The translations under genes and the position numbers were made by a program. A stretch of DNA of 62,904 bases, counting the filler, from Octopus bimaculoides (taxonomy: Eukaryota): assembly GCF_001194135.2 (NCBI RefSeq). It is 7 parts of 7 records of this genome, joined end to end, with 100 filler letters (N's around TTAATTAATTAA, not from the genome) between each part and the next. Parts side by side here need not be neighbours in the genome. Positions count along the whole stretch, not along the records: positions 19,688 to 25,298 come from NC_068988.1; positions 25,399 to 36,319 come from NC_068992.1; positions 36,420 to 45,392 come from NC_068983.1; 4 more parts are not named here. One strand, 5' to 3'. Shown piece after piece: positions 23,363 through 36,829 of this stretch; position 1 is the first letter of the stretch; every line of letters begins with the position of its first letter. Under the pieces are notes generated by a model that worked only from the letters and a program-made list of their open reading frames with translations, was not told the origin of the DNA and searched no databases.

Positions 23363-24337
23363 ATCATGTATATATATATTTATGTACCCACGCACAAAAT
23401 TAATGTAAACAGCAGGATGCAATGTTTCACAATAAAGAAGAATTACAATTGTCACTGAATGTGACAAGGGTGTTAAATAACACCTGTATTGCTAGAAATA
23501 AGAGCTAAAATACTCTAATGCTGTAGTTAACGCTCATGACTGAACACATATTCACCAACAGCGACCAAAATTGCCTGAAAAATTACCGACCGAGAATTCT
23601 TAAGACTGACGCGTCAGTTTCTCCAATTTCCGTTGCCATCATCACTTCGGCTGTTTCAGGACCTGTTTCTCTATTAGCATATAGTTTTTTGTCTTCCAAA
23701 TTAATGAATGATTCACACACACACACACACACACACNNNNNNNNNNNNNNNNNNNNNNNNNNNNNNNNNNNNNNNNNNNNNNNNNNNNNNNNNNNNNNNN
23801 NNNNNNNNNNNNNNNNNNNNNNNNNNNNNNNNNNNNNNNNNNNNNNNNNNNNNNNNNNNNNNNNNNNNNNNNNNNNNNNNNNNNNNNNNNNNNNNNNNNN
23901 NNNNNNNNNNNNNNNNNNNNNNNNNNNNNNNNNNNNNNNNNNNNNNNNNNNNNNNNNNNNNNNNNNNNNNNNNNNNNNNNNNNNNNNNNNNNNNNNNNNN
24001 NNNNNNNNNNNNNNNNNNNNNNNNNNNNNNNNNNNNNNNNNNNNNNNNNNNNNNNNNNNNNNNNNNNNNNNNNNNNNNNNNNNNNNNNNNNNNNNNNNNN
24101 NNNNNNNNNNNNNNNNNNNNNNNNNNNNNNNNNNNNNNNNNNNNNNNNNAAATTGAATAAAATTTAATAGTATTTTAGAATGTCTAATGGAATTAAAAAT
24201 TATTTTTATGCATTTGTGTACATTTAAACTAATTAAATATTATTTTACAGAATAATAGAAATAAGATTTCTTTGATTAAAACCCTTTCTAAAATAGAAGT
24301 ATCCAAAGAGCATTTAAGGCACATAATGCTCTATGAG

Positions 24338-24588
24338 TACTGGCAGAAACGTTAGCATGCCGGCGAGCTGGCAGAAACGTTAGCTCGCCGGGCAAAATGC
24401 TTAGCGGTATTTCGTCTGTCTTTACGTCCTGAGTTCAAATTGCGCCGAGGTCGACTTTACCTTTCATCCTTTCGGGGTCGATAAATTAAGTACCAGTGAA
24501 ACACTGGGGTGATATAACCGACTTTATACCTTTGTCTGTCCTTGTTTGAACCCTCGATATTTAGCGCCCTTTGGACAATAAAGAAACA
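24338..24588 (+). mobile_element. Family-A SINE with a duplicated head
   Basis: tggcagaaacgttagc occurs twice in tandem (24341, 24369) before the body. Confidence 0.85.
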
Positions 24589-24624
24589 GGTATAGATCAG
24601 TTTAAAATCTACTAACACTAGCTA

Positions 24625-24745
24625 AGTTTTAAAAAGAAGTACTGGGCTCGACGTCTTCCGCCAGAAAACAGTTCACGGCGGTGCCCCAGCATGGCCATAG
24701 TCCAATGACAGAAAGAAGTAAAAAAAAAGATAAAACATAAAAGAT
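24625..24745 (+). mobile_element. Family-B SINE tail
   Basis: ggcggtgccccagcatggccatagtccaatgacagaaagaagtaaaa. Confidence 0.7.
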
Positions 24746-25094
24746 GAACTAGAATAAAAAAATATAAATTAAAAGAAAATGAAAATAAGATTTTAGTAGC
24801 TATTGGGTGATCTAAGTTTAACCGTTGAAGATCCGATACAATCAAAACATATCCGGAATGGTTCCCATAGTAACAAAATCAAAATATTAGAATTATACAC
24901 ATTAATGTATATTTCTAATAATTGGTTTAATTGAAATATCGAGATTTCCCTCCCTTACCCCTTCTGTAAATAATTTTCATTAACGCTAATGAGATGTTGT
25001 TTTCTCCTTAAGGTTATAATTTCAAGTAATTAAAATTAGTGATTATTCAGTAAATTACAAATTATTTTTTGGGTCAGTACCTAAGGCATGGTGG

Positions 25095-25138
<44 letters not shown>

Positions 25139-25225
25139 CTTACACACATATATATATATACACACACACTCACAGATACATATATATATATATACACACA
25201 CACACACATATATGTACAAACTCAC

Positions 25226-25260
<35 letters not shown>

Positions 25261-25263
25261 CAT

Positions 25264-25298
<35 letters not shown>

Positions 25299-25468
25299 NN
25301 NNNNNNNNNNNNNNNNNNNNNNNNNNNNNNNNNNNNNNNNNNTTAATTAATTAANNNNNNNNNNNNNNNNNNNNNNNNNNNNNNNNNNNNNNNNNNNNTA
25401 TATATATTGTATATATATATGTGTGTGTGTGTGCGTGTATATGTATTTATGTTTATGTATATATATAT

Positions 25469-25501
<33 letters not shown>

Positions 25502-25816
25502 TGTGTAAGTACAGTAAGACAGATAGAGAGATAGAAAGATATAGAGTATATCATAAATTATATATGCATACACACGCACACACATACACACACACACACA
25601 TACATATACACACATATACATGCATGCATATACTTCACAATACATGGATAGACACATACATTTATCTAGCTCTCTATCTGACTGTCTGCCTGTCTGTCTA
25701 TCTATATGTAGATCTATGTATCCATAGATAGATAGAAACACAAATGTACTACAGTGGCTACTTCTGTGACCACCAACAGATTTTTATCATTATCTCTCTA
25801 TTGATCTGTCTATCGA

Positions 25817-25864
<48 letters not shown>

Positions 25865-26889
25865 CATGTGTATTATGGGAAGGAGAACTTTAAGAAATCA
25901 TACGAAGTAGCCATCGATTTAGAATTTTAATCTGAGAGATTGCCAAGTAACAAAATTCTTCTATCTCCACTACAACAACAACAACAACGAAATCGCTGCC
26001 ACCACCACCNNNNNNNNNNNNNNNNNNNNNNNNNNNNNNNNNNNNNNNNNNNNNNNNNNNNNNNNNNNNNNNNNNNNNNNNNNNNNNNNNNNNNNNNNNN
26101 NNNNNNNNNNNNNNNNNNNNNNNNNNNNNNNNNNNNNNNNNNNNNNNNNNNNNNNNNNNNNNNNNNNNNNNNNNNNNNNNNNNNNNNNNNNNNNNNNNNN
26201 NNNNNNNNNNNNNNNNNNNNNNNNNNNNNNNNNNNNNNNNNNNNNNNNNNNNNNNNNNNNNNNNNNNACCACCACTACCACCACCACCAACAACAATAAA
26301 AACAACTACATTAGCCACAACAATAAGAGCTAACTTTCAGTTCCATTCACATCGTTAGTGTGATGTGAGACTTGTATTTTTCCCCTTCATAAATCAAGAA
26401 TTCTGAATGAATGGTAAATGAAATCTAAATGAAAGTTGTAAAATAATGTTAAAGCCTAGAGATTTCTCTCTAATCCATAATGCGGAATAATACATAGTTT
26501 TTGACATACTGTCAGACATATAAGCAAAATCTTACAATCATTCTATAAGTAATAGACAGAGAGGGACAAACAGACAGACATATGATGCTGCAAAGGGGAG
26601 ATGGTTGGTGTGAAAAGTAGACTGTCTGTAGATTTATGGGAAGAAATATTTAACTCTTCTGGAATCATATCGCTATTAAAATAATGCATTGTGTCCAAGA
26701 CATTAAAGTACATCTATGTTATTGCTTGATCTTGTAGAAATAACAATTAGATGTCTCTCAAATCACGCAAGAGCTCTGAAACAGAAAAAAAAACCCCACA
26801 GAAAACGTTGGCTAATGCGGTCTTAGATTAACTATGCTTGAAACAAACAAAATGAGATGGTCAAAGTTGGTATGTCTTTTATCATAGGT

Positions 26890-27260
26890 TGACTCAATAA
26901 GTGTGTTTGATAAAGTGTGCTCCTGTACCAATAGAATTCATGTCTGTCAGTCCTCAGTGGTACAGTTTGCAGAACATCACTGTTAAGAATTCAAAGAGAA
27001 ACAAACAGGGCAAACCAGGTCAACAGCAACAGGCACAATGAGAATGAAACCAAAATGGTACGGCACCTACTTCTGCTCATCCCTATTGACAACATTTTTT
27101 GAGCAAAGTTTGAACACAAAGAGAATTCTGGAAAAGAGGAGAGAGAAGAGGGCAAAAATCCACTTGCTCTCAATTCCTAGTATAGACCACAAAAGCATGG
27201 CCCATCAGTCCTTTTTGAACAATGGCAAGCTATGATTCTGCTGAGAAGTGTCAGAAAAGT
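26890..27260 (+). mobile_element. Very old RTE-like LINE 3' ORF remnant (tentative)
   Basis: RMKPKWYGTYFCSSLLTTFFEQ...ILEKRREKRAKI loosely resembles the RTE C-terminal R.L.W.GH..R...T..L.G...GKR.RGRP motif. Confidence 0.3.
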
Positions 27261-28379
27261 TGATGTATTTGAATAACCCCACCAAATGTTAATCATCATC
27301 ATCATCACCACCGCCACCACCGCCACCACCGCCACCATCACCACCACCACCACCATCACCACCACCATCATCATCATCATCATCATTTAGCATCTGTTTT
27401 CCATGCTGGCATGGGTTAGACTGTTGCACACTAAGCTTGATGTCATTAACTCAGCCTCTTCCTCAAAATTGCTGGTCTTGTGCCAAAACTTGAAACCATT
27501 ATTATAAGGAATTGTATTAAAAAATTGTTAAAATATTTTGTGTTTTGTAAGGACATAACAAATTTGTTGCTCACAAACTTTAAAAACAAAATCTTATTTG
27601 AACCCCCAAGGGTCACGTGGACCCTGATTGAGAAGCATTGTATTAAAAGGTTAAAGCACTAACTAAATGAGAACCACTGGTATCTTAGTGAAAATATTTT
27701 TGGTCATTTCCTAGACATTGTAAAATTGATTCTCTCCTAACAGATACCATATTACTTTCATTTTATTCCATACAAGAGAATAGAACAACAGTGACCAAGG
27801 TTATGGATCTATGACAATAGATAGATTTGAATATTTAATAAGATATTTTATTGAAAAATGTAAAGAAGAAAAACTGGAGGTTATATCCAATTTGCATCAC
27901 ATTTTCTCATTTGGTTACATGATTGGGGGGAAAATGTTTGATAGAATATTAACCAAAAACATTAAAAAAAAACCAAAAACAAAAGGTAAAATATTATTTA
28001 CTACCAATGAGATTGGTATTAGAATAATTTTGCATGCCTAACTGTTACGGTCACCATTGTTTCTAAGAGATTGCTATTGATATTTATGAGTGTAAACATG
28101 TCTATTATGTTATGAGTTTCATTTAATAATAATGAACAACACTTTAGTGATTACGAACATTAGACTAAGGCCATGCTGGAGTACTGTTATGAGGGGGGTT
28201 TAAGGAACCAAATAGACTACAGAAATTATTTAAAGTTTGGTGCTTATATAATTGGTTGTGGCCCTTCAGTTTTACAAAGCCCTGCAAAAAAACTCAGAAG
28301 GTTGGGCCTCCAACAAGGCCTTTCATGATACCTCCCATATATATTTATATCTATATGTATTTATGTATCTACAATACAT

Positions 28380-28860
28380 CTTTCTAGCTCCACCACCCTG
28401 TATTTTTTTGCCGACTCGCTACATTCCCTGTCCTCCACTCTCCCTTCCCGGTCTCATGAATCCACCCTCCTATCTAATCCTTGGTTCCATTTCATTTACC
28501 TCCCTTTAATTTGAGTGTACCCCTCTACTGAAAATCGCCTATTTCTGTCCCTCTACTCATACTCAAACCTCTCATCACCTTCCACAAAACCACCTCCATC
28601 GATGCTACACCACTCTCAGCTGAGGAGGGGGTCATGCCTTGCAAGTTACTTGGTGACCTCACTAGAGCTGGTGCCACAGAAAAAGTACCCAGATACACCA
28701 TGTAGATTGGTCAGTATTACAGCATTCATCCATAGCAGATGGTTGAGTTTAGGGCTGTCTTCTGATTTGCCAGCTCCTGTCAAACAATCCAACACATACC
28801 AACATGGAAAATGAACATCAAACGCTGCTGCTGTGACTGCTGCTACTGATGATGATGATG
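28380..28860 (+). mobile_element. Retroelement 3' end (family E) with (GAT)n tail
   Basis: gcaagttacttggtgacctc...gctggtgccac...cagctcctgtcaaacaatccaacacatacc.acatggaaa then GAT repeats; the tail is shared with 32351-32505. Confidence 0.6.
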
Positions 28861-29205
28861 CTGATTATGATGTTGATGATAAACATGCATATATGTATAT
28901 ATATATGTATACATACGCCCACACACAAACACACCTATATTTAATATGTGCACTTATTCTTTGAAGAATCTTACTCATTCTTTAAATTAATAACAATTTC
29001 ACTTGCTTTACACAAGGAATTTTAATATGCGTAAGACTTAGCTGTAAAAATAAAATCTAAACATAAATATAAATAGAAATAGAAAATAGAAATATAATAA
29101 CTTATATTTGTCAGTTTATTGATTTTCAAAGTTTACTCATTAAAGCGCATCTCATTTCAGTTTAGCAGTTGAATTTCCATCAACAGATTTTCTTCCGTCT
29201 TTCAG

Positions 29206-29319
29206 GTTGGAATCACACAATTTAATTAAAGAAATAGCTTCTACGTAAAGAACTTGACTTGTTTGTTGTTGGGCAAAATTTCCGCCAGTTATCAAAATTC
29301 ATTATTATCTTTGGAGAAG
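29206..29319 (+). other. Candidate non-coding internal exon
   Basis: Strong acceptor ttttcttccgtctttcag|G and donor AAG|gtaatt, 114 nt apart; stops in all three frames. Confidence 0.25.
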
Positions 29320-29675
29320 GTAATTGGATTCATATGTAGCAAGTCTTAAATTTAATAAGTTGAGTGTTAGCTATAATGGAGGTTCAGTAGGTAAGATGTA
29401 CAATATTTATCTATGCTGTTCTTGGTTCAATCCCTCCTTGCAGCAGCTTTGCCAATTGCATTTTTAAAAAAAATTTTCTTTTTGTATTATGGCCAGGGCT
29501 TGTAAGTGAATTTTGGTAAACAGGAAATGGTGGAAGATTGTTGGAGGAACCATTCTAGTGTATGGTTGGTTGATTTAATCTGTGAAATGGTTTGTTATCC
29601 TTTGGCCTCGAGTTGTTTTTCACTGCTTCCTTTCTGCTGCAAACATTCAGGACGAATTTCCAGTTTAAATTTATA

Positions 29676-29834
29676 GGTGCAGGCATGAGTGTACAGTTAA
29701 GAAGCTTGATTCTCAGCCACAAGGTTCCAGGTTCAGTCTCACTGCATGGCACCTTGGGCATGTGTCTTTTGCCATAGTCTTGGACTGACGAAAACCTCGT
29801 CAGTGAATTTGGAAGACAGAAACTGAAAGAAGCA
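29676..29834 (+). mobile_element. Family-B SINE 5' half, CpG-decayed
   Basis: ggtgcaggcatgagtgtacagttaagaagcttg...ggttccaggttcagtctcactgcatggcaccttgggc. Confidence 0.8.
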
Positions 29835-30058
29835 AGCTGGCAGAATCGTTAACATGCCGGGCGAAATGCTGAGCGGTATTTCATCGGCCGTTACGTTCTG
29901 AGTTCAAATTCCGCCGAGGTCGACTTTGCCTTTCATCCTTTCGGGGTCGATAAATTAAGTACCAGTTAGGCACTGGGGTTGATATAATCGACTTAATCCG
30001 TTTGTCTGTCCTTGTTTGTCCCCTGTGTGTAGCCCCTTGTGGGCAGTAAAGATATAAG
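29835..30058 (+). mobile_element. Family-A SINE, full length and young
   Basis: Near-identical to 14514-14745; CpGs intact. Confidence 0.9.
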
Positions 30059-31289
30059 AAACCGAAAGAAGTATGTTTTGTGTGTGAGCGTGTGTGTGTG
30101 TGTGTTTATGTGTGAAAAAGGAAGACATGAAGTTATCCAACATTATGTATATCACACTATAGCATTTACTGACACATGCTACCATCAGTTTCCTCAAATT
30201 ATGGTAGCATGTGTCTATTTCAAATAATGTAATCCACCTAACTGTGGAAAGACACTTCACAGCAAAGAATAATCCATTGCTCTTAAACTGAACAATTCCT
30301 GAGAGTTGCTATTTGCCTGGATGTGCCAAAATGTGAAACCAATATCACAAGATATGCTTTTCTATCCTAATTCTACACGAGGAGCTTTGGTTAAGTTATA
30401 TGCCAGACTCCAGGCTAATAATGACAAAATTAGTTATTTTAAAGACATTCTTGCAAAATACTTGATTATTTTCAAATCAATTGAACCCAATAGTCAGAAA
30501 ATTTCTACTGAAATATGGTCATGGCATGGTTAATTTAGAAATTATCTTAGAATTCCAGTATACTTACCAAATCTTAGCACGTGCCGAGAAACTTATTTTC
30601 CTTTGACTGATTGTGTTTTTTTAATATTCAAGAATAACTGGAATAAAAAAAGAAAGTAAGAAAAGTATATTATTAGATTTTGCAAAGTAATATATGCAAG
30701 AACTGAAGAAAAAAGACGAATATGCAATCAAGAAATTTTTTAGCTGTAGGGTTCTTTCTGTTAGGAAAACAAACTATATTACATATTGTAATAATTAAGT
30801 GTATATTGCTGTTAGTTATAGGCTTTCAGTAGACCAATCACTAGTTTACTGAATTTCTGTTAGTGTATGTGAGAAGGAAGTGTTTTTAACTCAGTGCAGA
30901 ACAAATATCACAAAAGTCTCTGTTTCAAAATAATGTTTCTTTTGTTGTAGCGGTGATGGGTTTCTTGCCATTATATGTGTAAGTGAAGATGGAGTACTCC
31001 TTTGCATACTCAGCTCCAGCTCAGCCGACCTCTTCTTTTGCCCCTCTATCCTTCCTTCCTGTAAAGCAGTGATTTGCAATGTGGGGTATATGCCCCACTG
31101 GTGGAGCCTGGGAAAATTGTAGTGAAAGGTGGTGCCATAGTCACCAGGTAAAAGGTTCTCATTAAGGTGATTCATTCACTTTTTTTTTCCTAGTCAATAA
31201 TGTACTTTTCTTTTGTACTCACTATTTAGTAAAAGAGTTACCAATAGATTCTCTTGCATCAAATAATTGTGATAAAACATTAAAAACAA

Positions 31290-31509
31290 AAAGATATATT
31301 TTTCAATGTGTAAGTACTAATAGAACAGCATATGTAGGATAAAATCCTTACAGAGCAGAAAAATCTGTCAGCAACCAACCATGAGACTCGAACTCACATC
31401 CCTTCAATTGAGTCTCATAGCTGGTTGCTGACAGATTTTTCTGCTCTGTAAGGATTTTATCCTACATATGCTGTTCTATTAGTACTTACATGTTGAAAAA
31501 TATATCTTT
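31290..31509. repeat. Near-perfect hairpin: 100-bp arms, 20-nt loop
   Basis: 31290-31389 versus the reverse complement of 31410-31509 differ at 4 positions by manual alignment. Confidence 0.95.
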
Positions 31510-32350
31510 CTACTTGTACTACAATGCATTTCATCGCTTCAAAAACAAACTTCTGTTCGTTTACATATGACATTATTAAAAATGAAGTGGTTTTTTCCCA
31601 ACCAGTGATAGGGCATTCATTTTTTTTGGAAAGTCATAGTGGGGCCTGAGAGGGAGTAAAAGGTTGAGGAACACAATTGTAAAGGGTCAAGGACACTATG
31701 CTTTCTTCTCAGACATTCCACACCATAAATATTTGCTGTTTGGAAAACCTGAAGTAAAGAATAAATGGTTAATTGTGAAGACTTTCTGTATTATATAATG
31801 GTTAAAAATAACAGTAATTGTAGTATTATGGTGTTGCCAAAGATCGAGTCTTTGGATTCATTTATTGTACATTATTAGCAATTATATCCATTAATTCTTC
31901 ACTATACCTTCTTTTAGAATGCATTCCATTTTCAAAGAATGTATTCAAATTTTCTTTTGTTGTTTTTTAAATTACCTTTCTATCTGTTATGATATTACCA
32001 ATAAAACAATTGCAAAGTGATAGCTATCAACCGTTTCAAATAAGTAGCAACTATTTTCATGTATTTGTGTTATTATCTGAATGTAAGAATCAATGTTTGG
32101 ATAATATCATAACATCTTTATTGTCAATGGGTGGCAGGAAATGCAAAAACAAAAATAAAAACAAAGACTAGCTGTTAAGCTTCCATTATCTCCATTATTG
32201 CAGAGACTAACTATATCTCGTCAACAGGTGTTCTTAATGTACTTGGCAGAAAACAATTTTTAGTTTCCCATTTCTTAGAATGGAGACGTGTTGATCATAC
32301 TGATAACTACATACATGCATATGTATATGGGTATGCTTGTATACATATAT

Positions 32351-32499
32351 GTGGTTGGCGTTAGGAAGGGCATCCAGCTGTAGAAACTCTGCCAAATTAA
32401 ATTGGAGCCTGGTGTTGCCATCCGGTTTCACCAGTCCTCAGTCAAATCGTCCAACCCATGCTAGTATGGAAAGCGGACATTAAACGATGATGATGATGA

Positions 32500-32505
<6 letters not shown>
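32351..32505 (+). mobile_element. Family-E retroelement tail with (GAT)n
   Basis: ggttggcgttaggaagggcatccagctgtagaaac...ccaacccatgctagtatggaaagcggacattaaacgatgatg. Confidence 0.75.
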
Positions 32506-32543
<38 letters not shown>

Positions 32544-32910
32544 AAATATTTTCTCAATTAAGATGCCTAATCTCAGACAATCTTTCCAGTACTCTCAACC
32601 CTTTCTTTCTCATCTTGCAGCCTACCCACCTCACCATTCATAACTTAGTTAATGGCTGTCTCTGTCGTTGTCTTTGTGTACTGTCACATTCTGGAGTAAC
32701 CTGTTGATATTTTGTTGGCAAGAAAAATATTGAGGATATATAACTGTATAAACTTCTCTCATCACTCATACTCTGTGTGTGTGTTCCATCCCAGGCCCTG
32801 CAAAAAAAACAAAAAAACAAGGAACACAATTCCCATACTTGCAACAGGGCGGAGACCCTGCTATATGCACCTAAGGACCAGGTGCAGGTGTTAAATTGTG
32901 TGTTGAATTA

Positions 32911-33210
32911 CGAGGCGGTATCAAAAAGTTTCTGGACTAGTCCCGTTTGATAAAAAAATAACTTATTTACCTAAGTTTTAACACCATCTCCTCCAAAATA
33001 GTCACCTGCCACAACAATGCACTGGTTCCAGCATTCCTGCCGCTGTGGGAATCTGGCCTGGAACTTATTTTCTATAAGCAATTCAAGAACCTTCTGCAAT
33101 TCACTCTGGATCTTGACAATGGTGTTAAAATGGCAGCCTTTGAGCTGCATCTTCATCTTGGGGAAAAGATGAAAGTCTACAGATGCTAAATCTGGTGAAT
33201 AGGGCAAGGA
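32911..33210 (-). pseudogene. Mariner 3' fragment with TIR
   Basis: PYSPDLASVDFHLFPKMK...LKG..F...IQ...GDYF; TA|cgaggcggtatcaaaaagtttctggact TIR at 32909-32938. Confidence 0.85.
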
Positions 33211-34109
33211 AACTGTATTTCATGTTGCTCCAAGACCCTCAGCTGGCAAAAATAAAGCTGTACCTGTAATTCAAAGGGCCAGCCTTATCACATTCTGTGT
33301 CATGCAGAATCTTCTTGAGAACTACATAAGGGGTATGTGTGATTGTGGAGTACTCAGCCACTTGTATGTTAATTTCACATGCAGGCTATTCCCTTGACCA
33401 CATCAACTGGAACATTCAATGCCATAACCGATGGAGAGCCAGCGTAGATTATTTGGTAATCCTCACCAAAAATGCCTGTAATTTTCAGACAAAGAAAGTG
33501 ACAAGCTAGAATATTCTTTGCAAATATGATCTGCTGCCAAAACATCTGACATGTATAAGACTTTAGTTATGATCAAAATTTAACTTGTGTCTTTATTGTT
33601 CTTTAAATCCAACAAAACAAAAATTCTCTCTTTGTAACAAAGCAGTTTCTTCTTTATAGAAAGAATTCAAAAAGTGAAACACACTCACACATATACATAT
33701 ACATTGGTGAGAAATTTGCAAAACAAATCAGAAGAACATACACACATAGGCACACATTCGTACATACACACATAGGCACATATATTCATACATACACACA
33801 GACTTGCAAAAATACATGCATGTACACACATATATAGATTAGTATATTATATATTAGAATATAAATTTATTCCTGATAGTAATTGGAATATTTAGCTTGT
33901 CAAATGCATATCTTTTCTTCAGGGATTATAGCCATAGCCCTTCAAACCATTTCAAAGGCAGGATTAGAATTAATTCATACCCTATAGGTGTATTAAGCAA
34001 GGCTTCACTTCTAAGTCTCTCTATATAAGAGAAAATCTGTTTCACTTAAGCACACACACACACATGCATTCACACATGCATGCACATTCACACACACACA
34101 TACATATAT

Positions 34110-34153
<44 letters not shown>

Positions 34154-34617
34154 NNNNNNNNNNNNNNNNNNNNNNNNNNNNNNNNNNNNNNNNNNNNNNN
34201 NNNNNNNNNNNNNNNNNNNNNNNNNNNNNNNNNNNNNNNNNNNNNNNNNNNNNNNNNNNNNNNNNNNNNNNNNNNNNNNNNNNNNNNNNNNNNNNNNNNN
34301 NNNNNNNNNNNNNNNNNNNNNNNNNNNNNNNNNNNNNNNNNNNNNNNNNNNNNNNNNNNNNNNNNNNNNNNNNNNNNNNNNNNNNNNNNNNNNNNNNNNN
34401 NNNNNNNNNNNNNNNNNNNNNNNNNNNNNNNNNNNNNNNNNNNNNNNNNNNNNNNNNNNNNNNNNNNNNNNNNNNNNNNNNNNNNNNNNNNNNNNNNNNN
34501 NNNNNNNNNNNNNNNNNNNNNNNNNNNNNNNNNNNNNNNNNNNNNNNNNNNNNNNNNNNNNNNNNNNNNNNNNNNNNNNNNNNNNNNNNNNNNNNNNNNN
34601 NNNNNNNNNNNNNNNNN

Positions 34618-34663
<46 letters not shown>

Positions 34664-35181
34664 TCAAACTTATATATCATAATTTATGCTTTATCTAAAT
34701 TATGAGTTCGAATCTGATTTTATCTTTCCATTTTTTGGGCATGCATTTTCATGTAGCATTTTCGTTATAGCATGTAGTTCATTTCTCACAACAGTTATTT
34801 CTTTGCTGTCTACAACCATATTCTCTCCACCGCCCCCGTCTCTCTTTCTCTGTCTTTTTCTCTCTGTCCCTCTCTTTCTTCTCACTTACTGCATTCCGCT
34901 ATTCTCTAATATTCCTCTTTCTATCGTCCTGTTGTCTGACCAAAACTCTTTTCCCTCTGCGATATTCCTCTTCAACAAGTTGAATCGCATTTCTCTATAT
35001 TTTGCACTCTTTTGTCACGTCTCACTCTTCTATGGATATTTACACATTTTGTTTGTCCCTTTGGACTTGTAACACTGTTCATATTTCCTGTTTGTATTCT
35101 GTTTGCATCTTCTGTATAAATCATTTCTAGAAGACTTTACCTTCAGCAAATGAATACTGCCAAACATTTTGTGGTCACATG

Positions 35182-35345
35182 AGGCATGGTCTTGTCCTTC
35201 AGGAGCTTGTTTCCCAACCATGTGATTTGGAGTTCAGTCCCCAGCTTCACTGTGTAGTATCTTGGCCAAGTGTTTTTCTGCCACTGTCCTCAATCAACCA
35301 AAGCTTTCTGAGTGGATTTGGTAGATGGTAACTGAAAGCTGATTC
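35182..35345 (+). mobile_element. Old family-B SINE 5' half, CpG-decayed
   Basis: ttcccaaccatgtgatttggagttcagtccc...caaccaaagctttctgagtggatttggtagatggtaactgaaag. Confidence 0.7.
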
Positions 35346-35377
35346 TATGTGTGTGTGTATGCATTTATATATATATA

Positions 35378-35787
35378 CTCTTTACTCTTTTACTCTTTTA
35401 CTTGTTTCAGTCATTTGACTGCGGCCATGCTGAGGCACCACCTTTAGTCGAGCAACTTGACCCCAGGACTTATTCGTTGTAAGCCTAGTACTTATTCTAT
35501 CGGTCTCTTTTTTGCCGAACCGCTAAGTTACAGGGACGCAAACACACCAGCATCGGTCATCAAGCGAAGCTGGTGGTACAAACACAGACACACAAACATA
35601 CATATATATATATATACATATATACGATGGGCTTCTTTCAGTTTCCGTCTACCAAATCCACTCACAAGGCTTTGGTCGGCCCGAGGCTATAGTAGAAGAC
35701 ACTTGCCCAAGGTGCCACGCAGTAGGACTGAACCCAGAAACATGTGGTTGGTAAGCAAGCTACTTACCACACAGCCACTCCTGCGCC
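35378..35787 (-). mobile_element. Family-B SINE, full length and young
   Basis: Complete reverse copy from the (ctctttta)n tail to the head cctgcgcc. Confidence 0.9.
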
Positions 35788-36234
35788 TATATATATATAT
35801 ATATATAAAACTAATATTTAGTTGACATCAGATGGAAGGGTCAGTTTTTGGTTTGTATTATATTTTGTTTACACTCTACTTTGTCTATTTTACATCTCAT
35901 TGTCATTAATTTGTAATAACTAATTCTTAATTTTAACATTTTTCTGAGTAAAGCCTTATCAAAAGTCTTTTCTCTTAAACAATTTTTGCTTTTAATTTAT
36001 GTCATCTTTATTTTGATAATTCCTGTTCCATTTTGTCTTCTCGTTCATATTTCAACACTTTCGTCACTAAGATAATATATTATAATATAATAGAATAGAA
36101 TATAATATGATAAAATATAATATGAAATATGATATGATGCAATAGGAAATACGATATGATATAATTTAATGTAATATAATATCTATCTGTCTGTCTGTCT
36201 GCCTGCCTACCTACCTACCTACCTACTTACCTAA

Positions 36235-36269
<35 letters not shown>

Positions 36270-36829
36270 CCTTACTAAGAAACTAACTAGCAACTATATA
36301 TATATATATATATATATATNNNNNNNNNNNNNNNNNNNNNNNNNNNNNNNNNNNNNNNNNNNNTTAATTAATTAANNNNNNNNNNNNNNNNNNNNNNNNN
36401 NNNNNNNNNNNNNNNNNNNAATTACATCAATGCACCAAATTTTAAAATTTTCAGTAAACTTTAAAATTTTCACAGGTGCAACCGAACAAAAAAGACCCAG
36501 ATGAAAGGCAAAGTCGAATTGTACGGAATTAAAGAGATTTACTTTTATACTTTATACAGACTCAAAGATATTTACTTTTTAACATACGTTATTGACCGCC
36601 TTGCTCGCATGCAAAGGATGTTTCTTTGTTTTTATAATTATTGATATATTTATTTATTTTTTTTTGACCCCCTACCAACTTGCCTAAATCAGCCAAGCTG
36701 CCAAAGGGCTTAATCCGATTTTTTATGCAATTTCTGAAAAGAGATTTTTGTAATCTTTACTTACTGTAATCGATAAAAAAAAAAATAGTCGATGTAAATT
36801 GGATTGTTAAATTTATTATTATTATTATT

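Noticed and set aside
23590-23720. Minus-strand open frame LEDKKLYANRETGPETAEVMMATEIGETDASVLRILG
   Set aside because: No usable splice acceptor before the upstream (GT)n and gap, no recognisable homology, and short enough to arise by chance.
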